Of a stretch of 64,000 bases of DNA, positions 58,836 to 64,000 are shown one piece after another. The position numbers were made by a program, and so were the translations under genes. The first letter of the stretch is position 1, and each line of letters starts with the position of its first letter. The stretch is taken from positions 1-64,000 of IMG/VR virus record IMGVR_UViG_3300047476_002043. One strand, written 5' to 3'. Source of the stretch: a virus. Below the pieces are notes generated by a model. The model did no database searches and was not told the DNA's origin. It was given only the letters and a program-made list of their open reading frames with translations.

Positions 58836-59285
58836 TCATGTGAATCGACAGAAATGAGAATCGAAATCCTTGACATCATCTAGTTCTTTTGTGTCAAGAA
58901 CATCGATGCGTCCATAATGAGGAAGCTCAGTGTACATTTCATTGTAACACTGTGCACAGATATCGACGTATTCCACGAACGGTATCTGAAGATCCTCACC
59001 GCATCTATCACATCTACCGTGACTCATGTAGGAATCCCAAGATCCTTCATCAGGGTTAAGAACAGAAGGGCGATCATTGATGGAGAACACTTGTTCGCAG
59101 CCATCAGGTGCCTCTATCTCATTCTGATACAGGACAGATTCGCTGCGTATTCTTTCTATCGCAGGGTAGAACACCCGTAAGATTTCATCTATCCTTTCGG
59201 ATACCGAAGTCGTACTTAGGAGGCGTGCGTGCGCCGGAAGCCCTAAGGTGTTATTCTGAGATAGATCGATAGGGTTGTGTTCCAT
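58836..59285 (-). CDS. Hypothetical zinc-ribbon protein
   Basis: CDRC...CAQC. Confidence 0.7.
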   Translation of the reverse strand: MEHNPIDLSQNNTLGLPAHARLLSTTSVSERIDEILRVFYPAIERIRSESVLYQNEIEAPDGCEQVFSINDRPSVLNPDEGSWDSYMSHGRCDRCGEDLQIPFVEYVDICAQCYNEMYTELPHYGRIDVLDTKELDDVKDFDSHFCRFT

Positions 59286-59300
59286 ATCGACCTCACTTGA

Positions 59301-60128
59301 TCATTTGAATAGAGAGATGATTTTCTGGAGGAATCCAGGGTTCTTGATCTCCATTTCTTTGAGCTCAACGATCTCGCGACTCTCCCTCGCAGCATCTTCA
59401 CGTTGCTTGATGAGCTTACGTTTTGCAAGCTCGGTTACCATGAACTTATTAGCTGCATCGGAGAACTTATCGTCACTGGTCAATGTTGGTTGACCATCAC
59501 CGATGCGAAGATCTTTCATTTCATCGAGCAATACGCTCAGTGTGAGGTCGCAGTGTTCATCGACCCAGTCTGCTATGAAGTAGAATCTTTCCACTACATA
59601 GGTCTGGGTTCGATAAACACCGAAAATGATAGGGTCTTTCTTCCTGTCTTCCTGCTTGACTTGCTTTGTGATTTTGTTGGTGTAGTCGGTGAACAGAACG
59701 TAGAACTCGTCCCACAGGTTGAGGCTTTGAGCTAAGGTAATCTTCTCCCTAACCTCAGGAGGAATAGGGCGAGGGTAGCGTTTGAGTTCGATGAGTTTGA
59801 CGACTCGCTTGTCCACCTTTTCGATGTACTTAGCGATGTGCTCTCGCATGACAAACTTGTCGAACCCATGACGGACAGCTAGCTTTTCTCTGCGGATAGC
59901 CTCGAGGTGGGTGACCAGGTTTTTAGCCAAGTCAGTTTGACCACAAGCGACCGCATCATCGAGAAGATTTTTGGACAGATCGAATAGGCCATTGAGGGAC
60001 TCGTCGGTTTGAATACCGACGCTGTCTTTGATCTTCATGAAGTATGTGTCAGGATCGAGCACAGCCTCTTGGGTTGCTTTGTCGATGATGGAATTGGATA
60101 TCTGATCAATCCGTAAGTCGTCGGCCAT
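59301..60128 (-). CDS. Hypothetical phage protein
   Basis: 275 aa; KDPIIFG...FYFIADWVDEHCDLT. Confidence 0.75.
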   Translation of the reverse strand: MADDLRIDQISNSIIDKATQEAVLDPDTYFMKIKDSVGIQTDESLNGLFDLSKNLLDDAVACGQTDLAKNLVTHLEAIRREKLAVRHGFDKFVMREHIAKYIEKVDKRVVKLIELKRYPRPIPPEVREKITLAQSLNLWDEFYVLFTDYTNKITKQVKQEDRKKDPIIFGVYRTQTYVVERFYFIADWVDEHCDLTLSVLLDEMKDLRIGDGQPTLTSDDKFSDAANKFMVTELAKRKLIKQREDAARESREIVELKEMEIKNPGFLQKIISLFK

Positions 60129-60129
60129 G

Positions 60130-60501
60130 TTAACTCATCCTCCGATTGCGCATTTCGTTTTCTTTTTTCCAATAAGCCAGACTATGCCTCCGTTCCGATT
60201 TATGATCTCGGATGGCGAAGAAGGGCTTGCGTTTGAGATACTTTGCGTCATCGGAATTAAGTAGTGATTCATGATCCGTCACGACCACAGACTTGATCGG
60301 TTCGAAGACGCAGTTGAGCATCGTCATGTCTGGAGAAATGAGGGTCATCTTGGATGCCATCACTTGCCCACGAATTCCCAGGTCGACAAACTCGAACATG
60401 GTGTATGAAAACCAGAGGTAGTAGCCGCAGATCTGCCCGGCCTTGTTGGTTACATACAGTCGGGCTTCGTAGGTGGCTAAGTTCTTTTTGGACTTACTCA
60501 T
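60130..60501 (-). CDS. Hypothetical protein
   Basis: 123 aa. Confidence 0.65.
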   Translation of the reverse strand: MSKSKKNLATYEARLYVTNKAGQICGYYLWFSYTMFEFVDLGIRGQVMASKMTLISPDMTMLNCVFEPIKSVVVTDHESLLNSDDAKYLKRKPFFAIRDHKSERRHSLAYWKKENEMRNRRMS

Positions 60502-60504
60502 GAG

Positions 60505-61290
60505 TTATCCTTTATTCTTAGGAGTTGGAAGGTTGATCATGTAACGTTCGAGAACGTCGACAGCGTATCCGTACGCTGACTTGTTCATGAGGATGCGAGG
60601 ACCGATATCGGCAAGAGCATAGATGTATGCCTTGTGTTTGGTGTCTCCGACATACTTCATTGCGCCGCGCTTTTTGTTCAAAGTGAATGTTACTTCGCAG
60701 TGCCATTCTTCTCCAACTTTAACGTTGGTGATTTCAAGATCGGTGAGTTTACCGTCAATGATTTCATTGATCCAAGCACACGGGCATCCTTTGAATGCTT
60801 TGGACAGCATCATCGCTGTTGAGATAGAGGATTTCCTACCGCAGGAACACTGGACGACGTAGCGAGTGGAGACGGCTCTGTTGGTATCAACTTCAGATAC
60901 AACAACGCGCCCGTCGATGATCTTGTTGCCCACCGAGAGGTTGGCTCGACGGAGACCGCTTTCCAGAATTTCTTTGTACTCAACCAGACCTTTGACCATG
61001 AGTTCTTCGTACTTCTCGATGATCTTGGAAGTTTTGTTGTAGTACATAGATGAACCGCGAGGATTCATGATGTAGAAGCTGCTGAACTCAGCAACGAAGT
61101 GACTGTGCTTGAGTCCGGAGAAAGACAGGATCTCTTCTTGCGAGACCGACTGCTTCGTCCGAAGAAGAACGTATGCGAGCAGCTTTTTGTATTTCGGAGT
61201 GTTACCGAACCAGATTTGGACGTACTCCTTGAATTTGACCAACTCATCTTTTTTCATGTTGCTTTCCTTTTTTTGCGTTAGAAGACCCAC
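60505..61290 (-). CDS. Hypothetical protein with homing-endonuclease-associated Cys module
   Basis: GRVVV...VQCSCG...KGCPC. Confidence 0.65.
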   Translation of the reverse strand: MGLLTQKKESNMKKDELVKFKEYVQIWFGNTPKYKKLLAYVLLRTKQSVSQEEILSFSGLKHSHFVAEFSSFYIMNPRGSSMYYNKTSKIIEKYEELMVKGLVEYKEILESGLRRANLSVGNKIIDGRVVVSEVDTNRAVSTRYVVQCSCGRKSSISTAMMLSKAFKGCPCAWINEIIDGKLTDLEITNVKVGEEWHCEVTFTLNKKRGAMKYVGDTKHKAYIYALADIGPRILMNKSAYGYAVDVLERYMINLPTPKNKG

Positions 61291-62015
61291 TCTGTTGCAC
61301 CGACCATTTTTCTATGCTCAACTGCCATATCGTACATGAGCATCCAGTTACCTTTGAACGTTTTGTACTCCAGACTCGTAAATGTCACTTTAGTACAATC
61401 GCACGTAAGGGTCCAGATGCACGGATCCGGATCAGGGTGACATGCGATGAAGTTATCATCCCAATCAGCCTTCCCACACTTATGACATTTGTAGCGCCGG
61501 CCGTAAGTTGTTGCCAACTCTTCAGCCATTGATTCCGTGACATTGCGATACGCGTCAGCGAATGTGAATCCTCTTTCGCCGATACACTCACCGCTATCGT
61601 TAGACCATGCAAGAGCGATCTCTCTTTCTTTGGGAGTATCGCAGCACATCTTGATGAACTCTTTATCGAATCCACCCTTGAGCCACCAGCAGCAGATGTT
61701 TTTATCCTTACACTTCCAGTCGTCGTTAGGGAAGTCCTGACGGCGGACGATTAGGAAGTTGCTCAAGAAAGGATACTTTTCCACCAAGTGTTCTGGGAAT
61801 GGTTTGTAAGGCTGCTGTTGTTGCGCTAGGAATTTCTCTTTGCGCCATTTATCTCTGATTTGTTTCATTCTTATCCCTTTGATGTTGATGAGGGTTATAT
61901 GTAGGTAATATATCGCTGATACATTGATGAAAAAAAATAACTCTAGTGCTCCGTTATGGAGCACTAGAGGCGTGAATCGATTATGTCGGATCTTCATTAA
62001 ATCATCGAGTACCAC
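61278..62015 (-). CDS. Cys-rich hypothetical protein (start likely MKQIRD)
   Basis: CHKC...CDC; TATATTAC at 61905-61912 lies upstream of the later start. Confidence 0.65.
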   Translation of the reverse strand: MVLDDLMKIRHNRFTPLVLHNGALELFFFINVSAIYYLHITLINIKGIRMKQIRDKWRKEKFLAQQQQPYKPFPEHLVEKYPFLSNFLIVRRQDFPNDDWKCKDKNICCWWLKGGFDKEFIKMCCDTPKEREIALAWSNDSGECIGERGFTFADAYRNVTESMAEELATTYGRRYKCHKCGKADWDDNFIACHPDPDPCIWTLTCDCTKVTFTSLEYKTFKGNWMLMYDMAVEHRKMVGATEWVF

Positions 62016-62040
62016 GAATGGTATTTTCTTGAGGAGGAAG

Positions 62041-62658
62041 CTAGTTTTTGTGATCAGCTTCAGGTAGTTCGTTCATGCCGCCTTGATTGGAAGCACCCCA
62101 GCGGTCCTTCCTGACCTCGGCCATGATTTTAGGCCGAGAATCCGGAGTGACTTGGATACTCATGATGTGGACAACAAAGGGGAGGATGACCAATCGGAAG
62201 AACGACTCCATGCTCCCACCAACAGGGACTGTTTCAGTCTTGATGATGGTTGCTCCCTTGTACGGTTCGATGTGATCGAGATGGAAAGATGTGTCAATGA
62301 CGAACAGAGTCTTAGTGATTTCTTCCGTCGGGATAACGCGCTTGACGAAGTCGTTAAACTCCTCCATCGAGGTGATACCATCAGCAACATGCCATAAGCC
62401 AATATTCTTACCTTTCGGCCGGTATTCCGACAAGATAGTCAGAAGAGCTTCCGATGAATGATCTTGCGTTACGAAAACGCACTGCTCGAATTTGTGTTCA
62501 TTGTTCGCCATGATGGTAACGGCGGCGATAACTGCTGCCCTGGTTTTACCAGAATTGGAGCGACCGATGAACATGCTAAGCTCACCTTTGGGGATAACCA
62601 GCGTGCTGGTGTAGTCGCGGAGCTGGATGTCGGTATTGATGTATTTCTGTTCACTCAT
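62041..62658 (-). CDS. P-loop NTPase (RecA/DnaB-like, divergent)
   Basis: GELSMFIGRSNSGKT, LFVID and VRKDRWG. Confidence 0.65.
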   Translation of the reverse strand: MSEQKYINTDIQLRDYTSTLVIPKGELSMFIGRSNSGKTRAAVIAAVTIMANNEHKFEQCVFVTQDHSSEALLTILSEYRPKGKNIGLWHVADGITSMEEFNDFVKRVIPTEEITKTLFVIDTSFHLDHIEPYKGATIIKTETVPVGGSMESFFRLVILPFVVHIMSIQVTPDSRPKIMAEVRKDRWGASNQGGMNELPEADHKN

Positions 62659-62858
62659 GATTTATTTTCCTTGTTTTCGGTGTGACAGTTGATTTTTTCA
62701 AGCAGCTTAAGCATCTGTGTTGGGATCGGGGTCGGATCCTTTTTGTTGACGCGGAGAGAGAAAGTCGTCTCGCAGCCAAGGCATTTGATTGTCGTTTTTG
62801 CGATCGTCACCTTAAGGTTGGTGTTGTCGCAGAGCGGGCATCGCGGAGGATTACTCAT
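62655..62858 (-). CDS. Small zinc-ribbon protein
   Basis: CPLC...CLGC. Confidence 0.6.
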   Translation of the reverse strand: MSNPPRCPLCDNTNLKVTIAKTTIKCLGCETTFSLRVNKKDPTPIPTQMLKLLEKINCHTENKENKS

Positions 62859-62882
62859 GATGAGTTTCCTTTAAGCGGTTGG

Positions 62883-63998
62883 TTACGATCCGGATTGTTT
62901 GCGGCTAAGACTGGCATTATAACCAACATCGCGGAACGCGATGCAGGTCTTTCCCCCGTAGGAGAATGTCAATCTGTCATGATTCTTGGACACCACGGCA
63001 GTGAGCTCAGGGATTTCTGGATGGACGAAAGAAGCGCGGTCATCGCCTACGAGCATGTCTTGAACATGATCCCATTCGACACCAAGTTTACGCTCAACCC
63101 AGTTACAGGTTCTGAGTTGAAGAAATTGGTCCATGGCTGTAATGATTACGTTTGTGCCGCGAAGAATGAATGAATTGTATTTTCGAGGAGCGAGAATAAC
63201 CTTCTTACGCTTAGTCCTCGTCGAAGATTCGTCTTTCGATTTCGCCGCCAAACTCACACCATCTACCATGTCCCGCTCATCTCTAAATCCTTTAAAGATT
63301 GGGTGTCTGGGACGATCTTTGTTGCCCACTGGGAGGTAGCTGTAGTGAGCTATCTTCCCAATGTACTCTTTCTGGTTTTCCCAGATATCTTTTCTTTGCT
63401 TAGCGTTGAACCCTGAGCCGATCTTGATATCACCCCATTTACTAGAGTGACAGAGTAAAGCTCCAAGTTCACCTTTAGGCGTTAAGCCGTTTTTGTCATC
63501 GCTCCTTTCTGTTAAACCAAGTTCGTTTACAACAGCCTCATTGTTGTTGTGATAAGCTTCAACCATAGAGACGATGGTCGCTTCATCAGTTTCTACAGGC
63601 TTAAGCTTATACAAGTAACCCTCTTTAGGTGTCACCTTGCCGAACTTGTATGGACCATCAAGTGTTCTGATCATGATGCCCTCATAACCAAGAGACAAGA
63701 ATCTATCGTAGTAAAACTTAAGCTCCTTCTCGTTGTAGATGAGCTTTTGTGGAACTAGACAGATCCGTGAATCTCTAGCCTTTCTGATCATCCCGACCAA
63801 TGTGTTATACCTCTCGGAGAACGGGACAGTATCTGATATGAGGTCAAAAACATGAAAAGTGAAATTTGGTTTCCCATCTTCACTCATCACAGCAGAGGTG
63901 ACATCCTGAAAATTACCAGGCACCATCAACTCCCCGTCAAGGAGGTTGACATTAGCCTTGGTTAGATAATCGCAGATGAACTTGTTAGGTATGGGCTT
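62883..63998 (-). CDS. ATP-dependent DNA ligase, 5'-truncated by window, with extra C-terminal domain
   Basis: LLDGEL, FHVFD, GYEGIMIR, YKLKP, IGSGF and RPRHPIFKGFR; the frame is open to the window end. Confidence 0.92.
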   Translation of the reverse strand, partial: KPIPNKFICDYLTKANVNLLDGELMVPGNFQDVTSAVMSEDGKPNFTFHVFDLISDTVPFSERYNTLVGMIRKARDSRICLVPQKLIYNEKELKFYYDRFLSLGYEGIMIRTLDGPYKFGKVTPKEGYLYKLKPVETDEATIVSMVEAYHNNNEAVVNELGLTERSDDKNGLTPKGELGALLCHSSKWGDIKIGSGFNAKQRKDIWENQKEYIGKIAHYSYLPVGNKDRPRHPIFKGFRDERDMVDGVSLAAKSKDESSTRTKRKKVILAPRKYNSFILRGTNVIITAMDQFLQLRTCNWVERKLGVEWDHVQDMLVGDDRASFVHPEIPELTAVVSKNHDRLTFSYGGKTCIAFRDVGYNASLSRKQSGS

Positions 63999-64000
63999 CA

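Overview
This window is part of a phiKZ-like (Chimalliviridae-type) jumbo phage genome, judged from translated motifs and gene order; no database search was run. Core genes are the tail sheath C-terminus, tail tube, portal, gp128/gp130-like virion proteins, three split RNA polymerase subunits (gp123-, gp149- and gp80-like), a GyrB/GyrA-type topoisomerase pair, a dNMP kinase and a partial ATP-dependent DNA ligase. Accessory genes include a GNAT, a macrodomain, a Lar-like protein, peptide deformylase, a GT31-like glycosyltransferase and two lipoproteins. A TA(T/C)ATTAC early-promoter motif recurs on the minus strand, and long-stem terminators punctuate the window. The most unusual feature is a two-locus virion appendage module. 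Two proteins carry arrays of D-x-(D/E)-I-L repeats (30 and about 14 copies), and each is encoded next to members of a four-paralog family with a truncated cadherin-like N-terminus and a variable lectin-like C-terminus; this may be a scaffold-and-cartridge display system. Also notable are a cluster of atypical tRNAs and structured non-coding RNA candidates (48.5-49.5 kb, 53.0-53.3 kb) and an AT-rich, palindrome-dense origin candidate (38.4-39.0 kb). The phiKZ gene-number assignments are from recalled family motifs and need HMM confirmation.
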